64,000 nt of DNA. Origin: Terriglobia bacterium. Its GTDB lineage: Bacteria > Acidobacteriota > Terriglobia > JAJPHL01 > JAPKYU01. Every line of letters begins with the position of its first letter. Positions within the stretch are counted from its first letter, which is position 1. The stretch is taken from positions 1 through 64,000 of the forward strand of contig CBDBKE010000003.1 of the NCBI GenBank assembly GCA_965206645.1. The letters are read 5' to 3'. Below are positions 1 to 8,713 of the stretch, one piece after another. The notes under the pieces were generated by a model, which was not told the DNA's origin, did not search any database, and saw only the letters and a program-made list of their open reading frames with translations. A program made the position numbers and the translations under genes.

Positions 1-631
1 GCATCGCCAACCGGATCGTCGATGTCGATGGCTTTGCGAACTGGGGTCATCCCGGTTCGATATTCGATTACGGCAATACGGGGGTTGTCGGCGGGGGGAT
101 TGATCGGGAAGAAGTTCACCCTCGGCGGCGCTCCGCTCAGGATCGAGTTGGACGGGACATTCGGTGACCTGTCGGCGAAAACGAGACAGCTCGACCCCGT
201 CGGTCTGGACGAGACTGCGGAAGCAAGGTTTCGATGGATCACCACGGTGCGCGCCGGGATTGAACAGTCCATCGAAGGTGCAAGGGTATTTGCCACCGGG
301 GGATTGGCAACCGCCAGAATCGCCAATTCGGTAACGGACATCGACTTCTCCCCAGGCATGCCGCCAGAGGTGGATCCTGACGATTCCTTTCACGACAGCT
401 CGACGGAGATCGGCTGGGTGATCGGGGGTGGGATCGAAATTCCGCTGACCGCTGCCTGGAGCCTGCGATTCGAAGGCTCGTATCTGGGATTTCGGGCGGG
501 GTACGCATAAAGTGAATCGTTCCGGAAATAACCGGTGCGGTCCGGGGAACCCTCGAAGGCCGTGCTCTTACAATGTTGAGAACAAGCTTGGAATCGTACG
601 CTGGGCAATCATCTACCGGTTCGGCCAGTAG
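1..631 (+). pseudogene. Outer-membrane beta-barrel protein (Omp31/RopB-like), 5' end outside window, two +1 frameshifts
   Basis: Frame 3 reads IANRIVDVDGFANWGHPGSIFDYGNTGVVGGG. It shifts at the G-run near 92-99 into ORF 22..510 (GWVIGGGIEIPLTAAWSLRFEGSYL). It shifts again at CTGGGAT near 486 to YLDFGRG...GIVRWAIIYRFGQ* (stop 629-631), a typical OMP C-terminal strand. Confidence 0.7.
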
Positions 632-720
632 AGTTGCGGTGCATCAGAATTTCCCAAGATTAGATCTATCCCATCGAACGTAGCTTTTCCTCTCCACAGA
701 ACGAGTCCGCTGGCTCAGCG

Positions 721-809
721 TGACCAGACCGATCTTTTGTACCAGCTGAAGTGAGAGAGAATCTCACGAAGGAGGAAACTGGAGATGTCGATCAGGAAGT
801 ACAAGGCGG
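721..809 (+). mobile_element. IS3-family left-end remnant
   Basis: TGACCAGACCGATCTTTTGTACC terminal repeat plus orfA start MSIRKYKA. Nearly identical to the IS3 left end at 36822. Cut off by the IS5 at 810. Confidence 0.85.
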
Positions 810-1871
810 GGCGTTGTTGCGTAATTCGCGCTCGCGGCGAACCGGGCCGAGAAGCTCATCCGCCTCAGTACACGCGCTCCGATCGTGGCATTCCAAGCTC
901 CGCCATCCGGTTCAGCACAGCGCACTTGATCGCGGCTTCGACTTTTTGGTTCTTGACCGTGCGGGCCGAGAGGCTTACCCCGAGTATCGCCTTGTACCGT
1001 GAGACCGCATTCTCCGCCACGCTCTGGCGAGTGCAGCCACTCGACTTCCGCCACTCATAACGGCCCTGCGTCCTAATACGCCGGAGATGGGTATCACGCA
1101 TCGCACGCCACGGAGGCGGATGAGAGTCTCGGCTGCATCGTGCATTGCGTCGCGGCAAGATCGTCACGATAGCGTCGTGCTGGAGCACGGCCTCGTAGCA
1201 GGAACCCGTGTCGTAGGCCCGGTCTGCGGAGACTTGCCCGATCGAACCAGGAGTCTTAGACAGCAACGAAGAGAGCCTTCGGGCGTCGTGGACGTTGCTT
1301 GCAGTCAGGTCCATCGCAACGATCTCTTTCGTCGTCTCATCGACGCCTAGGTGGAGCTTTCGCCATGTCCTACGGCGGAGGGTTCGGTGTTTTCTGATGT
1401 GCCACTCACCGGCTCCGTAGATCTTCAGGCCCGTCGAATCGATGACGACATGTCGTGGTCGATCCGTGGGCCCTACACTCAGTAGGACGTCGACGGCGCT
1501 TTGCCTTCGGCTCACCGTGCTGTAGTTGGGCACTGGGAGGTCGAGCGCCATGAGCGCCACGATGGATTGAAGGAACCCTTGAGTGGTCCGTAGGTTGAGG
1601 TGAAACACCGAATTCAGGACCAGCGCACATTGGATCGCCGCATCCGCGTAGACCTTGGGCCGGCCTCGCCCTTCGAAGGGTCCTGGATGACGCCAGGCAG
1701 CGACTGCCTCCGTGTCGAACCACAGTGTCAGCTGCCCACGTTTCACCAGAGCCCGGTTGTACTCCGGCCAGTTGCGAACTTTATATCGGAAGGTGTAGTC
1801 GCTTTTGCCCCTCCCCTAGCCTATCAGGGGGGAGAGCGTTGGGGATGGAGTCAGATTTCTGCAACAACGCC
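810..1871 (-). mobile_element. IS5-family (IS903-group) insertion sequence
   Basis: Terminal IRs GGCGTTGTTGC (810) and GCAACAACGCC (1871), about 1.06 kb. No matching target duplication. Confidence 0.92.
865..1746 (-). CDS. IS5/IS903-group DDE transposase
   Basis: Motifs VVIDSTGLKIYGAGEW, RRTWRKLHL and SADRAYD. The frame extends upstream (RYKVRNWPEYNRALVKR) without an obvious ATG. Confidence 0.93.
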   Translation of the reverse strand: MKRGQLTLWFDTEAVAAWRHPGPFEGRGRPKVYADAAIQCALVLNSVFHLNLRTTQGFLQSIVALMALDLPVPNYSTVSRRQSAVDVLLSVGPTDRPRHVVIDSTGLKIYGAGEWHIRKHRTLRRRTWRKLHLGVDETTKEIVAMDLTASNVHDARRLSSLLSKTPGSIGQVSADRAYDTGSCYEAVLQHDAIVTILPRRNARCSRDSHPPPWRAMRDTHLRRIRTQGRYEWRKSSGCTRQSVAENAVSRYKAILGVSLSARTVKNQKVEAAIKCAVLNRMAELGMPRSERVY

Positions 1872-1924
1872 ACGCAGTACGGGCGTTACGGGCCACCTAG
1901 AGTTTACATGCGGCTGTAAACAGG

Positions 1925-1968
1925 TTGACGGATGGTATCATTGCGTGATACATATCATCCCGTGATAC
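1925..1968 (+). promoter_or_regulatory. higBA promoter with two tandem palindromic operators
   Basis: TTGACG at 1925-1930. GTATCA-N5-TGATAC at 1935-1951 and ATATCA-N5-TGATAC at 1952-1968, the second overlapping the GTG start. Confidence 0.7.
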
Positions 1969-2243
1969 GGGGTTTTAAGAGTAAGCGGACCGAAAAGATT
2001 GCCCGAGGTCTATCACCAAAGGGATTCCAGCCCGACTTGCTTCGAAGGACCCGTGCCATGCTGGTCGCGTTGAATGCGGCGGTTGAGTTGGAGGATCTTC
2101 GCTTTCCGCCAGGCAATCATCTTGAGAAATTATCAGGCGACCGCAAAGGTCGCTATTCGGTTCGGGTCAACAGGCGATGGCGTATCTGTTTTGTCTGGAC
2201 CGATAGTGGACCGGATGAAGTCGAGGTTGTGGACTACCACTGA
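1962..2243 (+). CDS. higB: HigB toxin (RelE/ParE superfamily, plasmid killer type)
   Basis: [33 protein letters not shown]...VVDYH. Likely GTG start at 1962. Confidence 0.92.
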   Translation: MIRGFKSKRTEKIARGLSPKGFQPDLLRRTRAMLVALNAAVELEDLRFPPGNHLEKLSGDRKGRYSVRVNRRWRICFVWTDSGPDEVEVVDYH

Positions 2244-2249
2244 GGATCA

Positions 2250-2567
2250 ATGAAAATGACTGATATTCTTGCTCCGATGCATCCTGGTGAGGTTCTGGAC
2301 GAACTGTACCTCAAACCCCTTGAGATGAGCGCCGGTGCCTTGGCAAAGAAATTGGGCGTACCCCGTACGCGCATAGAGCGCATCGTAAAGGGCCAGACGT
2401 CGATGACACCGGATACGGCATTTCGACTGGCAAAAGTGTTCAGGACAACGCCTCTTTACTGGATGAATATGCAGACAAACTACGATCTTACCATGGCGAG
2501 CGCGACGGTAGATGTTTCGGATATTCAACCTCTTGACTCCATTCTCAGGAGTTCTGTCGGCTTGTGA
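2250..2567 (+). CDS. higA: HigA antitoxin (XRE HTH)
   Basis: PMHPGEVL...LAKKLGVPRTRIERIV...YWMNMQTNYDL, directly after higB. Confidence 0.92.
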   Translation: MKMTDILAPMHPGEVLDELYLKPLEMSAGALAKKLGVPRTRIERIVKGQTSMTPDTAFRLAKVFRTTPLYWMNMQTNYDLTMASATVDVSDIQPLDSILRSSVGL

Positions 2568-2650
2568 TGCACGCTTACCTGAAGAGAAGCGACGCGCCAG
2601 AACTTCCTTTCGGTCCACACAGTGGACGGCGTGCGGGAGCGGATCGAAGC

Positions 2651-3106
2651 GGCGTTGTTGCGTAATTCGCGCTCGCGGCGAACCGGGCCGAGAAGCTCAT
2701 CCGCCTCAGTACACGCGCTCCGATCGTGGCATTCCAAGCTCCGCCATCCGGTTCAGCACAGCGCACTTGATCGCGGCTTCGACTTTTTGGTTCTTGACCG
2801 TGCGGGCCGAGAGGCTTACCCCGAGTATCGCCTTGTACCGTGAGACCGCATTCTCCGCCACGCTCTGGCGAGTGCAGCCACTCGACTTCCGCCACTCATA
2901 ACGGCCCTGCGTCCTAATACGCCGGAGATGGGTATCACGCATCGCACGCCACGGAGGCGGATGAGAGTCTCGGCTGCATCGTGCATTGCGTCGCGGCAAG
3001 ATCGTCACGATAGCGTCGTGCTGGAGCACGGCCTCGTAGCAGGAACCCGTGTCGTAGGCCCGGTCTGCGGAGACTTGCCCGATCGAACCAGGAGTCTTAG
3101 ACAGCA
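2651..3106 (-). mobile_element. Truncated IS5/IS903-group copy (3' part only)
   Basis: Essentially identical to 810-1265 including the terminal IR. Ends at a GCA junction with the repeat module. Confidence 0.9.
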
Positions 3107-3880
3107 GCAGTTCATGTTCATTCTCCTTGTCGAAAGGATCGGATCGCGGCGGGGACTAGCCCCGCCGCTCTCTGATGCGCGTCGCACTAGGATTCTGCCT
3201 GAGGCTCTTCTGCCTGCTGAAGCTCGAAGATACGCGAGTGGGCCTGATCGGCCACTTTGGCGAGCAGCAACAGGTCGTTGCGACTGAAGCTCTGCGTGCT
3301 CTTCCATTCCTCGCCGTCCTTGTAGAGACGGGAGAAGGTGACATTGTGCCGCGTGCGGCCGTCGGTTCCGTTCGGCCAAATCGCAGCCTTGACGCGACCG
3401 ATGCGGACTTCAGAGATGGGTTTGGGGTTAGCCATGATGTGTTTCCTCCTGAAAGTTTAAGGGTTTGTGAGCGTTTCCGCTCACCCGCAAATGGCGGAAA
3501 CGGCCAAACCCTGACACGGGAGGAACAGCGCCGCCGAAGCCAGTGACGGGCAGGGCCGACAAGGGCAAGAGCGAGTGCCAGACGCCTGCCAGGCGAGGGG
3601 ACCGTTCTGGCGCGAGCCTTGCGTCGGAACAAAGCGGAACCAGCGAAGGCCAGCGGCTAATGGCGCAACCCCACACCCGTTCTCCGGTCGTAGGCGGCAA
3701 GTCTGATGGGGGAATCGCAACCGGAACGGGGCACCTGGAACCGGACCGCTATCCTCCGGCGAATGGAACGCAGCGCGAAGGAAATTGCAGGATGTATTCT
3801 TGCCAAAGTGAACGGTATGGGGCCACAAGCTTCATTTCAGCAGGAATCCTCGCCAGGGCAACACGCGCATCAGCGGGGGC
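3107..3880. repeat. Dispersed module copy A (82-aa ORF + ~440-nt conserved structured non-coding region)
   Basis: Aligns over its whole length with 29007-29778 and with 44085-46110 (IS-interrupted). Confidence 0.9.
3187..3435 (-). CDS. Conserved 82-aa protein, putative small ssDNA-binding beta-sheet protein
   Basis: Strong RBS AGGAGG and an intact frame in all three copies. Sequence KPISEVRIGRVKAAIW...HNVTFSRLYKDGEEWKSTQSF...DLLLLAKVA. Function is inferred only. Confidence 0.7.
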   Translation of the reverse strand: MANPKPISEVRIGRVKAAIWPNGTDGRTRHNVTFSRLYKDGEEWKSTQSFSRNDLLLLAKVADQAHSRIFELQQAEEPQAES

Positions 3881-3904
3881 ATCCCCACCTGCCGCCAGCC
3901 GACC

Positions 3905-4090
3905 TCATTTGCAAGCTCCAATTATATAGGCTGCGATCCAGTCTCCTGGCTCAGCGATCATCTGACGGCGGGTTGCGCTACACGCTGTCTTGACGCGCCG
4001 ATGGGCTGATACCGGCACGTCGACACGGAGCCGCTTTGTCGGCTCATGGGCCTTCGCCTGCTGGACGTTCTTCCGTGAAGGTTCTTCCAC
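3905..4090 (-). CDS. Possible ribbon-helix-helix (ParG-like) protein or remnant
   Basis: PTKRLRVDVPVSAHRRVKTAC fits the RHH beta-helix pattern. Short, and ends are uncertain. Confidence 0.4.
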   Translation of the reverse strand: MEEPSRKNVQQAKAHEPTKRLRVDVPVSAHRRVKTACSATRRQMIAEPGDWIAAYIIGACK

Positions 4091-4265
4091 AGGGTGCGGG
4101 GCGTGGACCCGACAGGGTGATTGTTACCCCTGCCACATGTCAGCGGAGACTATTCTGCAGCGAATCGAATAGTCGTCGGTCCCTTGAATAGATTCTGAGG
4201 GGCCCCGGATTTCTGAACTGAGATCAGGGTGCCTCTTGCGGGCTTTACAGGCCTTGGGATAGCTC

Positions 4266-4300
4266 TTGACAAGGCCGCATTACAATAGTATTGTTGTAAT
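4266..4300 (+). promoter_or_regulatory. Sigma70-type promoter with overlapping palindromic operator; likely leaderless transcript
   Basis: TTGACA (4266-4271), 17 bp, TATTGT (4289-4294). ATTACAA-N8-TTGTAAT palindrome at 4279-4300. ATG at 4301. Confidence 0.7.
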
Positions 4301-4780
4301 ATGCTTCCAGGGCTCGTCACTTTGGAAGGATCGCCTTGGGCAGTTCTGCCGCCGAGTGTACACCAGGCTGATCTTGATGAGGTTGAGACCACATTTGCTA
4401 CGAACACGTGGCGGCGCGATCTGTTCAACGGCTTGGTGGAGGCCGCGGGACGGCTTTGGTCAGCTGGGTGTTTGATAATCTACCTGGACGGAAGCTATGT
4501 GACGGGAAAGCTGCGGCCAAGAGACTTCGATGTCTGTTGGGATCCCGTCGGGGTCGATCACAGCAAGCTCGACCCTATTTTTCTTGATTTCAACAATGGC
4601 CGAGCTGCGCAGAAAGCGGCATTCAAGGGAGAGTTTTTCCCATCGTCCATGACGTGCGCAGATGTGAGCCAGACATTTGTTGAGTTTTTGCAATTGGATC
4701 GTTTCACCGGCAAAAAGAAAGGAATCGTTTCTGTTTCGCTTTCGGCCGATCCGGTTGTTTTGCGAAAGGGGCAGCCATGA
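4301..4780 (+). CDS. Pol-beta superfamily nucleotidyltransferase-like protein (DUF6932-like)
   Basis: hG[GS]...DhD signature in YLDGSYVTGKLRPRDFDVCWD. Confidence 0.75.
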   Translation: MLPGLVTLEGSPWAVLPPSVHQADLDEVETTFATNTWRRDLFNGLVEAAGRLWSAGCLIIYLDGSYVTGKLRPRDFDVCWDPVGVDHSKLDPIFLDFNNGRAAQKAAFKGEFFPSSMTCADVSQTFVEFLQLDRFTGKKKGIVSVSLSADPVVLRKGQP

Positions 4781-6054
4781 TTTACAGCACAAAACAATAC
4801 CGCGTATCAAGCACGGAACTCGCAAAGCTGAAGACTGCATTGTCGGCTGCGGAGGGTCGGGAAGCGGATCAGCTGTGGCTGAAGCAGGCCGAAATCAATG
4901 CGCTCAAGAGTCAGATCGCGGAGATCGAGGTGGAACTCTCGGAGTACAAACTACTCAAGTCCGGACAGATTTCTTTCTCGAAGACCTATGCTCTCGAAGA
5001 ACTGCCGCACGTGCTTGTGCAGGCTCGGATCGCGGCTGGCATGAACCAGACGAATCTCGCTAAGAAGCTCGATATGAGGCCGCAGCAGATACAGCGATAC
5101 GAAGCAACCGACTACATGGGCGCGAGCCTCGGCAGATTAATCGAAGTCTCCCGTGCGCTTGGCGTCAAGACCTCTGGAATGTTCGAGGGAGCCGAACAGG
5201 CCGGCAGCTCCGTATTCGTGTGGGGCGATGCAGATAATATCGTCTGGGGTCAGCTCCCATACAGGGAGATGATCAAGCGCAAATGGTTCGATGTACCGCG
5301 AAACGCGAACCAGTTAGAGAAAGCCAAAGAATACTTCCTCCGTGCTGCGGGTCCGCAATTTGCGACGGCGTACCATCGAAAGAAGATGCGCAGCGGAAAC
5401 GTGCCGAACGAGTACGCACTATTGGCTTGGCAGGCGCGCATCCTGGAGCGTGCACGAGACCTCGCAACGCATAACGAGCTTGCCGAGTTCGAGCCGGATG
5501 ATCGTTGGCTACCGGAGTTGGTAAACCTGACAAGGTTCAAAGATGGCGCGAAGCGTGCGAGCCGACTACTCGCGGAGAAAGGTATCGCTTTCATCATTGA
5601 ACGGGATCTTCCTGGATCATATCTCGATGGTGCGGCCATGCTCGGCGACGCAGAACGGCCGGTTATTGGCCTCACGCTTCGATATGACCGTTTGGACAAT
5701 TTCTGGTTCGTGCTACTCCACGAACTTGGTCACGTATTCCTGCATCTGCTAGACGGGCTGCGCTATGATTTCTTCGATGAGGAGAGCGCATCAGACACCG
5801 ATACCATTGAGGCCGAAGCGGATCAATTCGCGCTGAACGCGCTAATCCCTGAAGGCCTTTGGGAGCGATGCTTGTCGCGCTTCGCGCTTTCCGAGGAAGC
5901 GGTGCGCATCGACGCTGAGAATCTCGGCATTCATCCGAACATCATCGCAGGCCGCATTCGCAAAGAGCGTGGGAACTACACAATTCTAAGCGATCTCGTC
6001 GGTCAGAATCAGGTCCGCACACAATTCGAGGATGCGGTTAATGATCTTGACTAG
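4777..6054 (+). CDS. XRE HTH + ImmA/IrrE zinc metallopeptidase
   Basis: HTH in ARIAAGMNQTNLAKKL...QQIQRYE. HExxH in FWFVLLHELGHV and downstream EAEADQFA. ATGA overlap with the upstream gene. Confidence 0.9.
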   Translation: MIYSTKQYRVSSTELAKLKTALSAAEGREADQLWLKQAEINALKSQIAEIEVELSEYKLLKSGQISFSKTYALEELPHVLVQARIAAGMNQTNLAKKLDMRPQQIQRYEATDYMGASLGRLIEVSRALGVKTSGMFEGAEQAGSSVFVWGDADNIVWGQLPYREMIKRKWFDVPRNANQLEKAKEYFLRAAGPQFATAYHRKKMRSGNVPNEYALLAWQARILERARDLATHNELAEFEPDDRWLPELVNLTRFKDGAKRASRLLAEKGIAFIIERDLPGSYLDGAAMLGDAERPVIGLTLRYDRLDNFWFVLLHELGHVFLHLLDGLRYDFFDEESASDTDTIEAEADQFALNALIPEGLWERCLSRFALSEEAVRIDAENLGIHPNIIAGRIRKERGNYTILSDLVGQNQVRTQFEDAVNDLD

Positions 6055-7126
6055 CGACACGTATGTGCCCGCCCTTCGGTGGCGGCAGGGTGAATACCAA
6101 GCCCTCCTCCGCCTTACCGACCCGGTCAAGGATCGAATCGTGCCGTCCATCACCATTCCAGCAATTGAGTTTGATTTCGAGGAATGGCGGCCGAAGAAAT
6201 CCGCCCAGGAGCACGTCCATCCCTTTGCAGCCCGCTACAAATCGAAGTGGGGTAAGCGGTCGGCATGGGTCGGGGTGCACAAGAGTATCGTCCAGAAGCC
6301 CATGGATGATGGTCGAGATATTTTCACTTACGTTTTTGAAGAATTGCGAGCGTTCGATGCGAATGCCGTCCCCGCAATCCCCCTCAACGTAGATGGAAAT
6401 ACGGTCCGGGCAGTCGCGGCCATTGTGAAGAGGGACGGTCTTGGAGTGGCCATATCAGTTCGGCTCGAAGACCTGATGAAACCCAATCCGGATGCGCAGG
6501 TGCGAGCTGTGGCATCTTCGCTTGGTGTCAAGCTACCGAATACTGATCTGATCGTTGACTTGGCTGCCCCAAATTTCGAGCCGTATGGGGCATTCTCCAA
6601 CGCCATGATTGTGACCTTGCTCAAATTAAGCGCTCTGCAGGCGTATCGAAATTTGGTCTTGATCGGGACAGCGATGCCCGAGACGTTTAGGGATGTTGCG
6701 AAGGGTACCGATGAAATTCCGCGCCATGATTGGCTATTTTATCAGACCCTGATGGAAAGACTGCCCTCCGGGATGAGGCGCCCTAATTTCGGCGACTACA
6801 CGATCGTCCATCCCGAATTCACGGCGGGCGACATGCGCATAATCAAGCCAGCAGCTAAGATCGTCTACACGACGCCGCGTAGTTGGTCGGTGCGCAAGGG
6901 CGGAGCGTTTCGGGACGATCCCAAGCAGATGCATGATTACTGCGCGGATCTTGTCAGCAAGAACATTTTCAAGGGGCCGGGATATTCAAGCGGTGATAAC
7001 TACATCGCGAAATGCGCCGCACGGCAGGAAGGCCCTAGCAATCTGACACGATGGAAGGAGGTGGCGATCAATCACCACATCACGCATGTGCTGGATGATC
7101 TCGCCACACTTGGCGGCGCGCCATGA
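6041..7126 (+). CDS. Beta-family protein (phage P4 beta / sce7725-like)
   Basis: N-terminal YVPALRWRQGEYQAL, internal FGDYTIVHP, C-terminal SSGDNYI...WKEVAINHHI. Confidence 0.8.
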   Translation: MILTSDTYVPALRWRQGEYQALLRLTDPVKDRIVPSITIPAIEFDFEEWRPKKSAQEHVHPFAARYKSKWGKRSAWVGVHKSIVQKPMDDGRDIFTYVFEELRAFDANAVPAIPLNVDGNTVRAVAAIVKRDGLGVAISVRLEDLMKPNPDAQVRAVASSLGVKLPNTDLIVDLAAPNFEPYGAFSNAMIVTLLKLSALQAYRNLVLIGTAMPETFRDVAKGTDEIPRHDWLFYQTLMERLPSGMRRPNFGDYTIVHPEFTAGDMRIIKPAAKIVYTTPRSWSVRKGGAFRDDPKQMHDYCADLVSKNIFKGPGYSSGDNYIAKCAARQEGPSNLTRWKEVAINHHITHVLDDLATLGGAP

Positions 7127-7661
7127 ACTCGCGGATCGCGGCGGCCAATTCCCGAGTCGTCATGACCTCGCATAGCAGCTCGTAGAGCCGCTTCCGGGGG
7201 TGACGCAGTTCCTTCGGAGCGTATCCAATCCTGGAGAGCAGGTCGAGGATTTCCGGTCTCCAGAGAAGGTGTGCCAGCATAACGGGATCAATATCTGGGT
7301 TTGACCTGGCAGACCTGACAGAATGTAACCGTATTCCACCCCGTGGTCCCTGCTTAGCTTCGATCACACCGCACCAGTCTGGTACTTCAGACAGAATTCT
7401 AGACAAGTGCCTGGAGGCCGTGACGAGCGTCAGTTTCTGGAGCGTCTGTCGGTAGACTTCCAACTGGCTTCCCAAGCGATCTAGGTTGTCCTGGGCGCTC
7501 TTGATCTCGTAACCATGGATATATCCATTGATCACGGCGACATCGATTCGGCTTCGGGCATGGGCCAGACCAAGCTCATCGATGACCACGGTGTCGGGAT
7601 GCGACCTCTGATGCCGGAGGCGCTTGCGATGGAGAGCCGAGCGGATATCAGAATCGATCAT
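7080..7661 (-). CDS. sce7726-family PD-(D/E)XK nuclease-like protein
   Basis: DELGLAHARSRIDVAVINGYIHGYEIKSAQDNLDRLGSQ. Convergent with the Beta gene and overlapping its 3' end. Confidence 0.8.
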   Translation of the reverse strand: MIDSDIRSALHRKRLRHQRSHPDTVVIDELGLAHARSRIDVAVINGYIHGYEIKSAQDNLDRLGSQLEVYRQTLQKLTLVTASRHLSRILSEVPDWCGVIEAKQGPRGGIRLHSVRSARSNPDIDPVMLAHLLWRPEILDLLSRIGYAPKELRHPRKRLYELLCEVMTTRELAAAIREFMARRQVWRDHPAHA

Positions 7662-8572
7662 GGCGGCGAAACTTATTATAATGTTTGCTGAATCCATCGC
7701 ACTTTAACACGAATCCACTAACACTTGAACAAGGATCCACTCGGACTCGAACAGCAATCCAGCCGCACTTGAACGCGCGCTGACGCACATTCGGCCCGTT
7801 TTGCTGCCGCTGGACGATATGCCGGATAGTGTTCAGACCCTTCTCAACGCTGCGGCGATCTCCCTGTAGTTGGCTGCCAAGAGCTTCACTTGCTACTTCA
7901 AATCCTCGGCCAGATCAGGGGGTGTGTACCGAGTATGGGGATGTCAACGGGGCGAGCGATTGCTTGATTGCGCTGCGAGAACTTCCGACAGCGACGCGGG
8001 ACCGGGGCCGCTCGATCGACAGCTACGCCACTTGGATCACGAGCCGGTTGAGCGGGCCGGATTCGGACCTATGAACCACAAGAATGGAGCCCCAAAAGTC
8101 GGTGCCGGACGGGAAGAGTTTAAGAGTTGCCGAGGTCAAGGAGAGGGTCAACCAGATTGCCACACTGACAAAGGAGTGCGTGTGGCATTTTCCGAAGTGC
8201 GAATGTGGCACGACCCAATTTGGTATCTCGCTCAGTTTGCAGGTTGTATCCAGATATTTTCGGACTGGCCGTGCCGGTCCAGCTGAAGAGGGCAGGACGC
8301 ATTTGTGCTTGAGGCATGCGCCAACTGGTAATCGCAGACGAGCGCCTCGGCCCATGAGTGGGAATAGCAATCTCCCTCGGAGGCGATCTTCAAACAGAGC
8401 ATCTGTCCACGGCAGTCGCTCTCATGAACTTCCTGCTGTGCCGAAAATGTGTCAGAAATGCAAGTCAAACAGCCAAAAAGGGTTATGTGCTGAGCGAAAG
8501 CAGAGTCCCTGAATGAGTGTAAAGCTATGGAAAAGAAGGGAGAGAGTGAAAGGAGAAGAGGAGAGGTAGCCA

Positions 8573-8612
8573 CTTGTAAGGCAGGCGCTCTGACCAACTG
8601 AGCTAACCGCCC
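8573..8612 (-). other. att site: 5' half of tRNA-Val(UAC), not a complete tRNA
   Basis: The - strand reads GGGCGGTTAGCTCAGTTGGTCAGAGCGCCTGCC-TTACAA-G and then diverges (TGGCTACC) with no 3' half. It lies about 100 bp downstream of the integrase stop. Confidence 0.85.
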
Positions 8613-8713
8613 GACTGAAATCGCTCTATTGATTCTAAACCACTTCCGAATTTCGAAAAACTCCAGAACGCCCCCAGAGAGGGCCAAATACCCCTCGACC
8701 GTGACAAAACCCC

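Noticed and set aside
3156-3993. Other ORFs overlapping the repeated module
   Set aside because: Their starts, stops and frames differ among the three copies. Only the 82-aa ORF is conserved.
7700-8520. Short ORFs between sce7726 and the att site
   Set aside because: Mutually overlapping, with no motifs or convincing RBS.
8573-8612. Functional tRNA-Val gene
   Set aside because: Only the 5' 40 nt are present. There is no 3' anticodon stem, T-arm or acceptor 3' strand.
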